Of a stretch of DNA of 42,193 nt, positions 17,052-27,698 are shown piece by piece; position 1 is the first letter of the stretch; the number at the start of each line of letters is the position of its first letter. The stretch is from an uncultured Ignavibacteria bacterium (lineage in GTDB: Bacteria > Bacteroidota > Ignavibacteria > Ignavibacteriales > Ignavibacteriaceae). The stretch is from contig CALKUG010000006.1 in assembly GCA_937996765.1 (NCBI GenBank), forward strand, positions 1 through 42,193. Reading direction: 5' to 3'. The position numbers and the translations under genes are program-made. The notes under the pieces were generated by a model that made no database searches, was not told where the DNA came from, and saw only the letters and a program-made list of their open reading frames with translations.

Positions 17052-17507
17052 CTATAATTTTACTGCTTTACCACCGGCGGCTGTAATCTTTTCCTCAGCA
17101 CTATCACTAAAAGCATGAGCTTCTATGGTAACAGAGGATTTCAACTCGCCTTGTCCCAAAACTTTTATCGGTTTGTTTACATCCGATATCAGACCTAACT
17201 TGTACAAATCCTGAACTTTTAAATCCAAATTTGTAACGCCATGATCATCAAGAGCATTTTGTAATTGATACAAATTAATAACTTGATTCACTTGTTTGAA
17301 CGGACTGGTAAATCCGTATTTTGGAATTCTTCTTTGAATTGGCATTTGACCGCCTTCAAAAGCACGCTTATGTGAAGCACCGGAACGTGACATCTGACCA
17401 TTACTACCGCGTGTTGCTGTTTTACCATGGCCGGAACCCGAACCACGACCAACTCTTTTTCTTTTATGTCTTGAGCCGTCAGCATATTTTAAGTTACTTA
17501 AATTCAT
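17052..17507 (-). CDS. rplO: 50S ribosomal protein L15
   Basis: [20 protein letters not shown]. Confidence 0.97.
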   Translation of the reverse strand: MNLSNLKYADGSRHKRKRVGRGSGSGHGKTATRGSNGQMSRSGASHKRAFEGGQMPIQRRIPKYGFTSPFKQVNQVINLYQLQNALDDHGVTNLDLKVQDLYKLGLISDVNKPIKVLGQGELKSSVTIEAHAFSDSAEEKITAAGGKAVKL

Positions 17508-17519
17508 GGTTAACCTACC

Positions 17520-17708
17520 TTATTCCGAAACTTCTTCTACTTTTACTAAATGAGCCACTTTTCTGATCATTCCTCTCATTTGAGGGTTATCCTGTTTCAC
17601 TACGAAGTAGTTAGGACGACCAAGACCAAGAGCCTCGATAGTTTTTTTCTGATCAACAGGGCGATCAATTATGCTTTTAACTTGTGTAATTTTTAATTTC
17701 TTCGACAT
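17520..17708 (-). CDS. rpmD: 50S ribosomal protein L30
   Basis: [26 protein letters not shown], 62 aa. Confidence 0.95.
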   Translation of the reverse strand: MSKKLKITQVKSIIDRPVDQKKTIEALGLGRPNYFVVKQDNPQMRGMIRKVAHLVKVEEVSE

Positions 17709-17719
17709 TGTCGCAATCC

Positions 17720-18235
17720 TTACGCGTTAAAAAGTTCTTTTACGGTCATACTGCGCTTGTTAGCCATAGCTCTTGCATCTATAAGTGATGTAAGTGCTTC
17801 TAACGTAGCCTTAACCTGATTGTGAGGGTTACTTGAACCTAAAGATTTAGTAAGAACATCCTGAACGCCAGCCATTTCAAGTACTGCACGAACTCCGCCG
17901 CCGGCAATTAAACCGGTACCAGGAGAAGCAGGTTTTAATAAAACCTTGCCGGCACCAAACTTACCAATGATGGTATGAGGAATTGTATGCTTGTGCAAAC
18001 CAATTTTAACAAGATTCTTTTTAGCATCATCTATGCCTTTTTGAATCGCATCGGTAACTTCGTTTGCTTTACCAAGGCCTATTCCCACAACACCTGCACC
18101 GTTGCCTACAACAACAATTGCGTTGAAACCAAATCTTCTACCGCCTTTAACAACTTTTGCTACACGGTTGATGTGGACAACTTTTTCTTTTAAACCTTCA
18201 GGTTCGTTTACTCTTACTATTTTCCTATTTTTCAA
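17720..18235 (-). CDS. rpsE: 30S ribosomal protein S5
   Basis: [30 protein letters not shown] start with GGAG 5-6 nt upstream. There is no in-frame ATG before the upstream stop. Confidence 0.96.
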   Translation of the reverse strand: MKNRKIVRVNEPEGLKEKVVHINRVAKVVKGGRRFGFNAIVVVGNGAGVVGIGLGKANEVTDAIQKGIDDAKKNLVKIGLHKHTIPHTIIGKFGAGKVLLKPASPGTGLIAGGGVRAVLEMAGVQDVLTKSLGSSNPHNQVKATLEALTSLIDARAMANKRSMTVKELFNA

Positions 18236-18272
18236 TGTTTCTCCAATGAAAAAAATATAATTTGTTTATTTG

Positions 18273-18343
18273 CTGCCCGAGGAAGATTCGAACTTCCACA
18301 TACGGCTCCAAAGGCCGCTGTCCTACCGTTAGACGATCGGGCA
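18273..18343 (-). tRNA. tRNA-Gln (anticodon UUG), CCA not encoded, embedded in the spc operon
   Basis: Hand-folded cloverleaf: acceptor UGCCCGA/UCGGGCA (U1-A72), D arm GUCU-AACGGUA-GGAC, anticodon arm GCGGC-CUUUGGA-GCCGU, 4-nt variable loop, T arm GGAAG-UUCGAAU-CUUCC, discriminator G. Confidence 0.88.
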
Positions 18344-18348
18344 ACTAA

Positions 18349-18702
18349 TTAAATTACTAAGCCGGCAGCTCTTGCTGCTTCAGCTACTGCTTTTACTCTA
18401 CCGTGATATCTGTAGCCATTTCTGTCGAACACCACAGTGGTAATATTTTTTTCCAACGCACGTTTGGCCAATAAAGTACCAACGATAGTTGAAATTGCAA
18501 TTTTACCTTTTGCGCTCTTTACTTCTTCAACTACTTCCGCAGAGATAGATGAAGCCGAAACTAAGGTAACACCTTTTGAATCGTCTATTACTTGAGCGTA
18601 AATTTTACTATTACTTCTATATACTGTTAGACGTGGCTTCTCGGGTGTACCTGAAAGCTTTTTTCTAACTTTAATTTTTGCACGTTCGCGTGTTGCACTC
18701 AT
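18349..18702 (-). CDS. rplR: 50S ribosomal protein L18
   Basis: RLTVYRSNSKIYAQVIDD...FDRNGYRYHGRVKA. Confidence 0.97.
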   Translation of the reverse strand: MSATRERAKIKVRKKLSGTPEKPRLTVYRSNSKIYAQVIDDSKGVTLVSASSISAEVVEEVKSAKGKIAISTIVGTLLAKRALEKNITTVVFDRNGYRYHGRVKAVAEAARAAGLVI

Positions 18703-18717
18703 CCTAATCTCCTTTGC

Positions 18718-19257
18718 TTACTTACCGGCAGTTTTTCCGGCTTTTCTTCTGATTGTTTCAGTAGAATATTTAATACCTTTTCCTTTGTATGGCTCAGGTT
18801 CCTTAAACGAACGCAGTTTAGCAGATACAAGACCAACTAATTGCTTGTCTATTCCGGAAATCTTAATAGTATTAGGATTCGGAACTTCGAAGGAAATACC
18901 TGTCGGAGGCATAAAATAGATAGGGTGAGAAAATCCTAAATTGAGCAACAAGTTTGCGCCTTTTAACTCAACCTTATAACCTACACCAATAATCTCTAAT
19001 GTTTTTGAATAACCTGTGGTAACACCGATTATCATATTTGCGATCAAAGTGCGGGTAAGACCGTGTAAAGATTTACTTTCACGCTGATCATCAGGTCTTT
19101 TAACCGTAATTTCATTTCCTTCTTGAACAACGGAAAGAATCGGGCTATAATTTTCTGACAACTCACCGTTTGGTCCCTTTACGGTAACAGAATCTTTTTC
19201 AATCTTTACTGTTACTTTTTCAGGAACAACAATCGTCTTTTTTCCAATACGAGACAA
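18718..19257 (-). CDS. rplF: 50S ribosomal protein L6
   Basis: MSRIGKKTIVVPEKVTV...GVGYK. Confidence 0.97.
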   Translation of the reverse strand: MSRIGKKTIVVPEKVTVKIEKDSVTVKGPNGELSENYSPILSVVQEGNEITVKRPDDQRESKSLHGLTRTLIANMIIGVTTGYSKTLEIIGVGYKVELKGANLLLNLGFSHPIYFMPPTGISFEVPNPNTIKISGIDKQLVGLVSAKLRSFKEPEPYKGKGIKYSTETIRRKAGKTAGK

Positions 19258-19276
19258 GGTTTAACTCCGTTAAAAA

Positions 19277-19672
19277 TTACCAAATGCGGCAGACAATTTC
19301 TCCACCCACATTTTCTCTGCGAGCTTGTTTGTCTGTCAATAAACCCTTAGGGGTCGAAATTATTGCAATACCATAACCATTAAGAACACGCGGTAGTTTT
19401 TCAACAGGCGCATAGTTTCTTAAACCCGGAGAGCTAACTCTTTCGATTCCGGAAATTGCTGATTCACCATTGGTATATTTGAGAGCTACTCTCAAAATAC
19501 CTTGTTTACCATCTTCAATTAATTCAAAATCCGTAATAAAATTCTGCTCTTTTAATATCTGAGCAAGTCCGTTTTTGAAATTTGAAGCAGGTATATCTAC
19601 TTTTTTTCTTTTCGCCTTTACGGCATTTCTTATTCTTGTTAAGAAATCTGCTATTGGATCTGTTACAGGCAT
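19277..19672 (-). CDS. rpsH: 30S ribosomal protein S8
   Basis: [13 protein letters not shown]...GGEIVCRIW. Confidence 0.97.
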   Translation of the reverse strand: MPVTDPIADFLTRIRNAVKAKRKKVDIPASNFKNGLAQILKEQNFITDFELIEDGKQGILRVALKYTNGESAISGIERVSSPGLRNYAPVEKLPRVLNGYGIAIISTPKGLLTDKQARRENVGGEIVCRIW

Positions 19673-19682
19673 ATTACTCTCC

Positions 19683-19952
19683 TTACCAGCTTGCCTTCTT
19701 TACACCGGGTATTTCACCTCTGAGGGCTTTTTCTCTAAAGACCAGACGTGATACGCCGAACTTTCTATAATACCCTCTAGCTCTGCCGGTAACCTGGCAG
19801 CGGTTGTGTAAACGTACGGGTGATGCATTTTTAGGAAGGGTCTGAAGTTCTTCCCATCTTCCTTCTTTTTTCATTTCCGCACGAATTTTTGCGTATTTAT
19901 CAACTAATTTTTTTCTTTTCTCTTCACGAGCAATTAAACTTTTTCTTGCCAT
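19683..19952 (-). CDS. rpsN: 30S ribosomal protein S14 (89-aa form)
   Basis: [17 protein letters not shown]...[23 protein letters not shown]. Confidence 0.96.
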   Translation of the reverse strand: MARKSLIAREEKRKKLVDKYAKIRAEMKKEGRWEELQTLPKNASPVRLHNRCQVTGRARGYYRKFGVSRLVFREKALRGEIPGVKKASW

Positions 19953-19967
19953 AACCGATAACCTTTA

Positions 19968-20612
19968 TTAATTACTTCCTTTTTTCCTAAACGGAAAACC
20001 AAATGCTGTTAGTAACTCAAATGCTTCGTTATCAGTTTTTGCACTGGTAACAAAAGTGATATCCATACCGTTTACACGGGTCACTTTATCAACATTTATT
20101 TCAGGAAATATAATTTGTTCTTTTACACCAAATGTATAGTTACCGCGGCCATCGAATGATTTATCCGAAAGACCCTTAAAGTCGCGCACGCGCGGCAATG
20201 AAACATTGATAATACGATCGAGAAATTCGTACATACGGTCTTTGCGAAGTGTAACCATTGCTCCTATTGCCATGCCTTCACGTAACTTAAAGTTAGAGAT
20301 TGCTTTTTTGGCTTTACGCAGCGATGCTTTTTGTCCGGTTATTGCTTCTAAATCGCGAACAGCTTCGTCTAATGCTTTTTGCTCGGTAACTGCGGCACCT
20401 ACACCCATGTTAACAACAATTTTCTCGAGTTTAGGAACCTGCATTACAGAAGAATAATTAAACTTCTTCATCAATACAGGAACAACATCCTTTTTGTAAA
20501 TCGCTAAAAGACGACTTGGAACTCTTTCATCGAGAGTCATGGTCTCTTTTACTGTTTCCGCTTTACTACCTGCTTTAGCAGATTTTTCTTTTCTTGTTAC
20601 TTTCTCAGCCAT
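19968..20612 (-). CDS. rplE: 50S ribosomal protein L5 (possible Lys-rich N-terminal extension; alternative start at Met25)
   Basis: [21 protein letters not shown] core. The ATG at 20612 gives a 23-nt gap to rplX. The internal ATG at about 20540 would give a conventional N-terminus. Confidence 0.93.
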   Translation of the reverse strand: MAEKVTRKEKSAKAGSKAETVKETMTLDERVPSRLLAIYKKDVVPVLMKKFNYSSVMQVPKLEKIVVNMGVGAAVTEQKALDEAVRDLEAITGQKASLRKAKKAISNFKLREGMAIGAMVTLRKDRMYEFLDRIINVSLPRVRDFKGLSDKSFDGRGNYTFGVKEQIIFPEINVDKVTRVNGMDITFVTSAKTDNEAFELLTAFGFPFRKKGSN

Positions 20613-20635
20613 ATATCTAATAAAACCTTATGAGA

Positions 20636-20965
20636 TTAATTTTTAATCATTTCGCCGCTTTTTTTGGTAATGCGGGCTGATTCTTTTTTACCGGTCTGAG
20701 GGTCGATAATTACTTTTTTACCTACTCTTGAGGGCTTGCCGGTTTTTTGATCAATTACCATTACGTTAGAGGCATCAATTGGCAATTCTTTTTCGATGAT
20801 ACCACCTTGTGGATTCTTTTGTGATGGTTTTGAATGTCTTTTACGGATATTCACACCTTCAACAATCACTCTGTTGGTTTCCGGAAATACTTTAAGCACT
20901 TTACCGGTCTTGCCGTTATTGTTACCTGCTATTACTTGAACGTTGTCGTTCTTCTTTATTTTCAT
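20636..20965 (-). CDS. rplX: 50S ribosomal protein L24
   Basis: [29 protein letters not shown] motif. Confidence 0.96.
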   Translation of the reverse strand: MKIKKNDNVQVIAGNNNGKTGKVLKVFPETNRVIVEGVNIRKRHSKPSQKNPQGGIIEKELPIDASNVMVIDQKTGKPSRVGKKVIIDPQTGKKESARITKKSGEMIKN

Positions 20966-20978
20966 AACTTCTGTTACC

Positions 20979-21347
20979 TTATAATACTTCAGGTGCTAAT
21001 GAAACAATTTTCATAAACTGTTTCTCACGAAGCTCGCGAGCTACGGGACCAAAGATACGAGTACCTTTTGGTTCATTTTGGTTATTAATAAGAACTGCGG
21101 CATTTTCGTCGAAACGTATATATGAACCGTCTTTTCTTCTTACTTCTTTTTTGGTGCGAACAACAACTGCACGTGAAACTTCACCTTTTTTAACGGTTCC
21201 GTTTGGCATTGCTGTTTTAACTGCAACGATAATTGTGTCACCTACGCTTGCATAACGGCGATTGCTTCCGCCAAGTACACGTATGCAGGCAACTCTTTTT
21301 GCACCGGAATTATCTGCTACAACTAAATTTGTTTCTTCTTGTATCAT
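20979..21347 (-). CDS. rplN: 50S ribosomal protein L14
   Basis: [17 protein letters not shown]...[10 protein letters not shown]. Confidence 0.98.
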   Translation of the reverse strand: MIQEETNLVVADNSGAKRVACIRVLGGSNRRYASVGDTIIVAVKTAMPNGTVKKGEVSRAVVVRTKKEVRRKDGSYIRFDENAAVLINNQNEPKGTRIFGPVARELREKQFMKIVSLAPEVL

Positions 21348-21370
21348 TTTTCACACTCCGCCGATTGAAG

Positions 21371-21631
21371 CTATTTAGCTTTCTCGAGAATTTGTACCAA
21401 GCGCCATCTCTTAGTTTTGCTGAGAGGACGGGTTTCCATAATCTTAACTACATCGCCAACATGAGCTTCTTCTTTAGCATCATGGACATGAAACTTCTTT
21501 GTTTTTTTGAAGTACTTCTTATATATCGCATGTTGTATTCTTCTTTCGATAGCTACTGTAATGGTTTTATCCATTTTATCGCTAACTACAACTCCGATTC
21601 TGGTTTTACGAAGAGCACGCACAGCTGCCAT
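21371..21631 (-). CDS. rpsQ: 30S ribosomal protein S17
   Basis: [21 protein letters not shown]...KFHVHD. Confidence 0.96.
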   Translation of the reverse strand: MAAVRALRKTRIGVVVSDKMDKTITVAIERRIQHAIYKKYFKKTKKFHVHDAKEEAHVGDVVKIMETRPLSKTKRWRLVQILEKAK

Positions 21632-21858
21632 TATGCACCTTCACCTTTCTGCTTAGCAGCTTTTTCAGCCGCAATTTTTCTTTCACTCAAAATGGTGTAC
21701 ATACGAGCTATATCTTTTTTAGATTGATCAAGCTTCGCTGTATTTGTAAGCTGCTTTAATGCATGCTGAAAAGTATTCTCTTGAAGTGTCGCAGACTCTT
21801 CTTCGATTCTTTTTACCAATTCTTGGTCAGTTAATTCTCTTAATTCTTTTGCTTTCAT
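21631..21858 (-). CDS. rpmC: 50S ribosomal protein L29
   Basis: [20 protein letters not shown]. Positioned between rplP and rpsQ. Confidence 0.93.
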   Translation of the reverse strand: MKAKELRELTDQELVKRIEEESATLQENTFQHALKQLTNTAKLDQSKKDIARMYTILSERKIAAEKAAKQKGEGA

Positions 21859-21869
21859 CTTCTTTCCCG

Positions 21870-22289
21870 TTACTGTTCAATGTCGGGTCTTGAAACAACT
21901 TTTGTCTTAATTGGCAATTTGTAAGAGCACGTTGATAGTGCTTCTTTAGCCATTTCCTTCGATACACCGGCTACTTCAAACATTATGCGACCAGGTTTAA
22001 CAACTGCAACCCAAAATTCGGGAGCACCTTTACCCTTACCCATACGTGTTTCAAGCGGCTTTTTAGTTACTGGTTTGTCAGGAAATATACGAATCCAAAC
22101 TTTACCATCTCTTTTCATTTTACGGGAAAGAGCAACACGGCATGCTTCGATTTGACGAGAAGTTATCCAAGCCGGTTCAAGGGCTTTTAATCCGTATTCT
22201 CCGAAATCTACTCTGCTTCCGCGAATAGCTACACCTTTTCTTCTCCCGCGATGCGCCTTTCTGAACTTGACTCTTTTAGGCATTAACAT
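21870..22289 (-). CDS. rplP: 50S ribosomal protein L16
   Basis: [19 protein letters not shown]. Confidence 0.98.
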   Translation of the reverse strand: MLMPKRVKFRKAHRGRRKGVAIRGSRVDFGEYGLKALEPAWITSRQIEACRVALSRKMKRDGKVWIRIFPDKPVTKKPLETRMGKGKGAPEFWVAVVKPGRIMFEVAGVSKEMAKEALSTCSYKLPIKTKVVSRPDIEQ

Positions 22290-22312
22290 GGTGAAAAACT
22301 CCTACTGCTCTA

Positions 22313-22954
22313 TTATTCCGAAACTCGTTTACCAAGGATTTCGCCGCGGCAAATCCACACTTTAATACCAATGGAACCGTAAATGGTCTCTGCTCTTCCA
22401 TTAGCGTAATCTATATCCGCTCTTATTGTATGAAGAGGAGTTCTTCCTTCTTTATACTGCTCGGATCTTGCTATTTCCGCACCGCCTAAACGACCGGCTA
22501 ACATAATCTTAATTCCTTCTGCACCTTGTCTCATTGCTGCTGCAATTGCTTGTTTCATGGTTCTTCTGAAAGAAACTCTACCTTCAAGCTGGCGTGCAAT
22601 AGTATCTGCTACAAGATTAGCATCTAACTCAGGTCTTTTGATTTCTGAAATCTGAACTTTTACATCTTTAGCTGTAAAGCTTTTCAACTCTTGTTCAAGT
22701 TTCGAAATTTCCTGACCGCCCTTACCAATTACTACACCGGGTCTCGATGTGTGTATGGTAACGGTAATGTTTTTGCTTGTTCTATCGATAACAATGCGTG
22801 CAATACCGGAATTTTTTAAACGTTCACGAACATATTTTCTTAATCTGTCGTCTTCTTTTAACTTACTTGCGTAACTTTTTGATTCAAACCAATTTGATTC
22901 CCAGTTACGAATTACTCCTACACGAAAACCAATTGGGTGTGTCTTTTGTCCCAA
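22313..22954 (-). CDS. rpsC: 30S ribosomal protein S3
   Basis: [12 protein letters not shown]...KH domain. TTG start 1 nt after the rplV stop. Confidence 0.97.
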   Translation of the reverse strand: MGQKTHPIGFRVGVIRNWESNWFESKSYASKLKEDDRLRKYVRERLKNSGIARIVIDRTSKNITVTIHTSRPGVVIGKGGQEISKLEQELKSFTAKDVKVQISEIKRPELDANLVADTIARQLEGRVSFRRTMKQAIAAAMRQGAEGIKIMLAGRLGGAEIARSEQYKEGRTPLHTIRADIDYANGRAETIYGSIGIKVWICRGEILGKRVSE

Positions 22955-22955
22955 G

Positions 22956-23321
22956 TTATGCTCCTACTTTAGAATCTGAATTCACGGTTGAAACCACAAT
23001 TGTAAGGTGGCATGAGCGTTTACGTATTCTGTATGCTCTACCCATAGGTGCCGGGCTAATTCTTTTAACCGTAGGTCCTTGGTTAACGAATGCTGCTTTA
23101 ACAATCATATCAACCGGCTCTAAACGTTCTCCTTCAGCTTTCTGAACGAGATTAGCCATAGCCGAACGAAGGGTCTTATAAGCATCGGCTGAAGCATGTT
23201 TAGTGTGAAATAATAATTCGTTCATTGCTAAGTCTGCTCTTTTACCGCGAATAAGATCTATAACGAGTCTCATTTTACGAGGCGACGACGGAATGAATCT
23301 GTTTACTGCTTTTGCTTCCAT
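22956..23321 (-). CDS. rplV: 50S ribosomal protein L22
   Basis: [15 protein letters not shown]...[23 protein letters not shown]. Confidence 0.96.
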   Translation of the reverse strand: MEAKAVNRFIPSSPRKMRLVIDLIRGKRADLAMNELLFHTKHASADAYKTLRSAMANLVQKAEGERLEPVDMIVKAAFVNQGPTVKRISPAPMGRAYRIRKRSCHLTIVVSTVNSDSKVGA

Positions 23322-23334
23322 TCTTCTTTACACC

Positions 23335-23622
23335 TTATCTTGCTTTAGATTGCTTTTCGGCTTTTGTACCGGGGTGGCCTCTGAAAATTCTCGTGGGAGC
23401 AAATTCACCTAATTTATGACCAACCATGTTTTCGCTTACATACACAGGTATTGTTTTGTTACCGTTATGTACAGCTATTGTATGGCCTATAAAATCAGGA
23501 GATATTGTTGATGACCGTGCCCAAGTTTTGATAATCTTTTTTGTACTTGTTTCGTTTAACTTCTGAACTTTAGCAAGAAGCTTCAAATCAATGTATGGAC
23601 CTTTTTTAACGGATCTTGGCAT
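23335..23622 (-). CDS. rpsS: 30S ribosomal protein S19
   Basis: [12 protein letters not shown]...[11 protein letters not shown]...[11 protein letters not shown]. Confidence 0.98.
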   Translation of the reverse strand: MPRSVKKGPYIDLKLLAKVQKLNETSTKKIIKTWARSSTISPDFIGHTIAVHNGNKTIPVYVSENMVGHKLGEFAPTRIFRGHPGTKAEKQSKAR

Positions 23623-23629
23623 ACTTAAA

Positions 23630-24454
23630 CTACTTCCGTCTCTTAATTATAAACTTATTTGACTCTTTTTTATGCTTACGGGTCTTAAGACCTTTAGCTT
23701 TTTGACCCCATGGCGATACTGGATGTCCGCCACCGGAGGTTTTACCTTCACCACCACCCATTGGATGGTCAACAGGGTTCATTGCAACACCGCGTACGTG
23801 TGGTCTGCGGCCTTTCCAACGTGTTCTTCCTGCTTTACCAAGTGAAAGGTTCTCATGCTCAGAATTACCAACAACTCCGTAAGTAGCGCGACAATCCGAA
23901 CGTACTGCGCGAACTTCACCGGAAGGTAATTTTATCTGAACCATATCTCCGTCTTTAGCCATAAGCTGAATTGCTGTTCCTGCTGAACGACCTAATTGAC
24001 CGCCTTTACCAGGTTTTAATTCCACGTTATGAATAAAAGAACCTAATGGTAATTCTTTTAATGGAAGTGTATTACCAACTTTAATATCTATTCCGGTTCC
24101 TGATATTACGCTATCGCCTACTTTAAGACCGTTTGGAGCAAGAATATAACTCTTCTCACCATCGGCATATTGTAGTAAAGCAATTCTACAGGTTCTGTTT
24201 GGATCGTATTCTATAGCCGACACTTTAGCAGGAATACCGTCTTTGATTCTCTTAAAATCAATTATACGATACATTCTCTTGTGTCCGCCACCACGAAAAC
24301 GAGTGGTAATGCGACCATGATTGTTTCTGCCACCGGACTTTGGGACAGGCACTAACAAACTTTTTTCCGGTTTGTTTTTGCTTACCTCCTCAAAGGTTGA
24401 CACCGACATAAAGCGGGTACCGGGGGTATTTGGTTTCAATTTTCTAATTGCCAT
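23630..24454 (-). CDS. rplB: 50S ribosomal protein L2
   Basis: [14 protein letters not shown]...[18 protein letters not shown]. Confidence 0.98.
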   Translation of the reverse strand: MAIRKLKPNTPGTRFMSVSTFEEVSKNKPEKSLLVPVPKSGGRNNHGRITTRFRGGGHKRMYRIIDFKRIKDGIPAKVSAIEYDPNRTCRIALLQYADGEKSYILAPNGLKVGDSVISGTGIDIKVGNTLPLKELPLGSFIHNVELKPGKGGQLGRSAGTAIQLMAKDGDMVQIKLPSGEVRAVRSDCRATYGVVGNSEHENLSLGKAGRTRWKGRRPHVRGVAMNPVDHPMGGGEGKTSGGGHPVSPWGQKAKGLKTRKHKKESNKFIIKRRK

Positions 24455-24482
24455 GTTTAAAAACTCCGTACTTTCCTAATCT

Positions 24483-24776
24483 CTATGCCTGTTCAAATAA
24501 ATCTATTTTGTCGCCCTGTTTCAAGGTAACAAAAGCTTTTTTGAAGGCCGCGGTTTTACCGGTAAAGCGTCCGCTTTTTCTAAACATTGTTTTTGTTTTG
24601 CCATGTACCGATACTGTGTGAACATTAGTAACAGTAACATTAAATTTCTTTGTGATTTCTTGTGAAATCTGAATTTTATTGGCTGCTTTGGTTACAACAA
24701 AAGCATATTTATTTTGAAGCGAAAGTATATTATTGGTCTTTTCGGTAAATAACGGCTTTACGATAACGCTTTTCAT
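24483..24776 (-). CDS. rplW: 50S ribosomal protein L23
   Basis: About 97 aa, KPLFTEKT...KYAFVV. Positioned between rplD and rplB. Confidence 0.94.
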   Translation of the reverse strand: MKSVIVKPLFTEKTNNILSLQNKYAFVVTKAANKIQISQEITKKFNVTVTNVHTVSVHGKTKTMFRKSGRFTGKTAAFKKAFVTLKQGDKIDLFEQA

Positions 24777-25423
24777 TATTGAGCCACCTCTTGTTTTGGA
24801 GCAAGCGTAGTATTAAAATACTCTGCTGCACCTTTTTGTAATAAAAGGACCTGGCAATTCAGAATGTCGTAGGTTGATACTTTAGACGCTTCGAGAATCG
24901 ATACCTTTTCTACATTTCGCCCGGATTTATACACAACTTCGTTATGTTCACCGGTAACAACTAAAACTTTTTTACCTTCGAGCTTTAACTTAGACATCAC
25001 TTCTGTGAATGCCTGAGTTTTTGGAGCATCAAACGAAAAATCTTCAACGAGTACAATCTGATTATCTTTAACTTTATAACTCAAAGCAGATTTACGAGCC
25101 AAAGCTCTAACCTTTTTAGGGAGCGCCTGTCTGTAATCGCGAGGACGTGGACCAAAAATAGATCCGCCACCAATCCAGAGAGGTGAACGCGATGTACCCG
25201 CACGGGCACCGCCTTTGCCTTTTTGGCTCCATGGTTTTTTACCACCACCGCGAACTTCGCCGCGTTCTTTTGCTTTATGAGTACCTTGTCTTTGATTAGC
25301 AAGAAATGCTTTTACCGCCAAGTAAATCACATGATCATTTGGCTCTATCTCAAAGACTTCCTTGGCTAAGTCGAACTTTTCGCCGGAGAAAGTACCGTCT
25401 TTTTTATAAACATCTAATGTCAT
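24776..25423 (-). CDS. rplD: 50S ribosomal protein L4
   Basis: RQGTHKAKERGEVRGGGKKPWSQKGKGGARAGT. Confidence 0.97.
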   Translation of the reverse strand: MTLDVYKKDGTFSGEKFDLAKEVFEIEPNDHVIYLAVKAFLANQRQGTHKAKERGEVRGGGKKPWSQKGKGGARAGTSRSPLWIGGGSIFGPRPRDYRQALPKKVRALARKSALSYKVKDNQIVLVEDFSFDAPKTQAFTEVMSKLKLEGKKVLVVTGEHNEVVYKSGRNVEKVSILEASKVSTYDILNCQVLLLQKGAAEYFNTTLAPKQEVAQ

Positions 25424-25437
25424 TTCTTTTCCAAACT

Positions 25438-26055
25438 CTATTTGTGTAATTCAACTATTGAATTAACAGCTCCCGGAACGCCACCTTTAACAAGGATAAT
25501 GTTTTTCTCCGGAATAATCTTTACAACCTTTAAGTTACGTACGGTTACCTGTTCAAAACCCATACGTCCGGCCATCTTCATACCCTTAAATACTCTTGAA
25601 GGATAGGACGATGAACCGATAGAACCTGGGGCTCTTAATCTGTCGCTCTGTCCGTGTGTTGTTCCACCGACACCACCGAAGTTGTGACGTTTCATAACAC
25701 CCTGAAAGCCTTTACCTTTGCTTTTACCTGTAACTTTAATAAGTTCACCTTCTTTGAAAAACTCAACTGTTATATCGTCACCGATATTGTATGAGCCATC
25801 AAATCCTTTGAACTCTTTCATCACAGCAACAAAAGGCAAATTATGCTTTGCTAAATAACCCTTTACAGGTTTATTTATTCTGGATTCTTTTTTAACGCCG
25901 AACCCAAGCTGTAAAGCCGAGTATCCGTCGCGTTCAATTGTTCTAACATTTGTAACTTTGCAAGGTCCGGCCTCGATTACGGTTACAGAGATGCGAACAC
26001 CATCTTTACCGTACACATTCGACATTCCAAGCTTTTTACCTAATAAACCAGCCAT
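25438..26055 (-). CDS. rplC: 50S ribosomal protein L3
   Basis: GLLGKKLGMSNVY...GKGFQGVMKRHNF. Confidence 0.97.
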   Translation of the reverse strand: MAGLLGKKLGMSNVYGKDGVRISVTVIEAGPCKVTNVRTIERDGYSALQLGFGVKKESRINKPVKGYLAKHNLPFVAVMKEFKGFDGSYNIGDDITVEFFKEGELIKVTGKSKGKGFQGVMKRHNFGGVGGTTHGQSDRLRAPGSIGSSSYPSRVFKGMKMAGRMGFEQVTVRNLKVVKIIPEKNIILVKGGVPGAVNSIVELHK

Positions 26056-26073
26056 TTTAAAACTCCAAAGTCC

Positions 26074-26382
26074 TTATAACTTTATTTCTATATCTACACC
26101 GGCAGGGATGTCCAGCTTACTCAATGAATCGATAGTCTTCGGATTCGAATTGTGAATATCGATTATTCTTTTATGAGTTCTGGTCTCAAACTGCTCACGC
26201 GATTTCTTATCTACGTGTGGTGAGCGAAGCACGGTGAAGATTGTTTTCTTTGTTGGTAAAGGTATAGGACCTGATACCACCGCACCGGTACTGCGTACTG
26301 TTTTAATAATCTTCTCAGTCGATTTATCAATTAAGATATGATCGTACGACTTTAATCTGATTCTAATTTTTTGTCCGGCCAC
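26074..26382 (-). CDS. rpsJ: 30S ribosomal protein S10
   Basis: [12 protein letters not shown]...SGPIPLPTK...[14 protein letters not shown]. Confidence 0.98.
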   Translation of the reverse strand: MAGQKIRIRLKSYDHILIDKSTEKIIKTVRSTGAVVSGPIPLPTKKTIFTVLRSPHVDKKSREQFETRTHKRIIDIHNSNPKTIDSLSKLDIPAGVDIEIKL

Positions 26383-26412
26383 GAAACGACTCCTAAAGTC
26401 TAATTTTTAGAT

Positions 26413-26441
26413 AGAAAAAGGGAGATTTACTCCCTTTTCCA
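26413..26441 (-). terminator. Weak intrinsic terminator/attenuator between tuf and rpsJ
   Basis: Minus strand aaaagggag-taaat-ctccctttt, with the U-run continuing as tttttc. The GC core is only 5 bp. Confidence 0.45.
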
Positions 26442-26460
26442 TCTAAGGTTAACAATTCAA

Positions 26461-27666
26461 CTATTCGATAATTTTGGTAACTACACCGGCACCAACGGTT
26501 CTTCCGCCTTCGCGGATAGCGAAACGCAATCCTTCATCCATAGCGATAGGAGCAATTAACTCTACAGTTAAATTCACTCTATCTCCAGGAGCAACCATTT
26601 CGGTTCCTTCAGGAAGTGATGCTATACCGGTAACGTCGGTAGTTCTGAAATAGAACTGAGGTCTGTAGTTAGTGAAGAATGGAGTATGACGTCCACCTTC
26701 AGCTTTGGTGAGAATATACACTTCACCAACAAATTTCTTATGAGGGGTGATGGAACCAATTTTTGCAAGAACCATTCCTCTTTCGATTTCTTTTTTATCA
26801 ACACCGCGAAGGAGAATACCTGCGTTGTCGCCTGCCATTGCAGAATCTAATTCTTTACGGAACATTTCTACACCGGTTACTACTGTCTTTTTGTGAGCAC
26901 CTAAACCGATGAGTTCAACTTCCTCTTGAATTCTTACTGAGCCGCGCTCAACTCTACCGGTAGCTACTGTACCACGACCGGTGATTGAGAATACGTCCTC
27001 AACAGGCATTAAGAATGGTTTGTCAACTTGACGTTCCGGAATCGGAACATAGCTGTCAACAGCATCCATTAAGTCCCAAATGCACTGATAACGTTCGTCT
27101 GAAGGATCAGCATCAGCAGCACCAGCATCTAAAGCATGAAGAGCAGAACCACGGATAACAGGAATGTCATCTCCGGGGAATTCATATTTGCTGAGGAGTT
27201 CGCGAATTTCCATTTCAACGAGGTCAACAAGCTCTGCATCTTCCATCGCATCTACTTTATTCAAAAATACAACGATACGAGGTACACCTACTTGGCGAGC
27301 TAAAAGGATGTGCTCTTTTGTTTGAGGCATAGGACCGTCAGTAGCAGCAACTACGAGAATAGCACCGTCCATTTGCGCAGCACCGGTGATCATGTTTTTT
27401 ACATAATCCGCGTGGCCTGGGCAGTCAACGTGAGCATAATGTCTTTTTGCTGTTTCATATTCTACGTGAGCGGTAGCAATTGTGATACCTCTCTCTCTTT
27501 CTTCAGGAGCATTATCGATAGAATCGAATGATCTCTTTGCAGAAAGTCCTTTTTTGGATAGCGCCATGGTGATAGCAGCTGTTAATGTTGTTTTACCGTG
27601 ATCTACGTGTCCAATGGTACCAATATTTACGTGTTCCTTGGAACGATCAAATTTTTCTTTAGCCAT
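26461..27666 (-). CDS. tuf: Elongation factor Tu
   Basis: [34 protein letters not shown]. Confidence 0.99.
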   Translation of the reverse strand: MAKEKFDRSKEHVNIGTIGHVDHGKTTLTAAITMALSKKGLSAKRSFDSIDNAPEERERGITIATAHVEYETAKRHYAHVDCPGHADYVKNMITGAAQMDGAILVVAATDGPMPQTKEHILLARQVGVPRIVVFLNKVDAMEDAELVDLVEMEIRELLSKYEFPGDDIPVIRGSALHALDAGAADADPSDERYQCIWDLMDAVDSYVPIPERQVDKPFLMPVEDVFSITGRGTVATGRVERGSVRIQEEVELIGLGAHKKTVVTGVEMFRKELDSAMAGDNAGILLRGVDKKEIERGMVLAKIGSITPHKKFVGEVYILTKAEGGRHTPFFTNYRPQFYFRTTDVTGIASLPEGTEMVAPGDRVNLTVELIAPIAMDEGLRFAIREGGRTVGAGVVTKIIE

Positions 27667-27698
27667 CTAAGATAGTCTCCTGTGAATTACTTAGTTTA

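Noticed and set aside
18236-18348. tRNA-Gln as a genomic-island integration site
   Set aside because: There is no integrase, no cargo genes and no direct repeat of the tRNA 3' end seen nearby. The flanks are rplR and rpsE with only 5 and 37 nt of spacer.
21233-21727. 164-aa plus-strand ORF spanning rplN/rpsQ/rpmC
   Set aside because: It is antisense to three strongly conserved r-protein genes. Its composition is low-complexity and Leu/Phe/Ser-rich, typical of the reverse frame of AT-rich coding DNA. It has no start context.
26461-27666. Slightly long EF-Tu (401 aa) with an acidic insertion ([15 protein letters not shown])
   Set aside because: This is a few-residue loop variation in a known variable region of domain I. 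It is not an inserted domain or intein.
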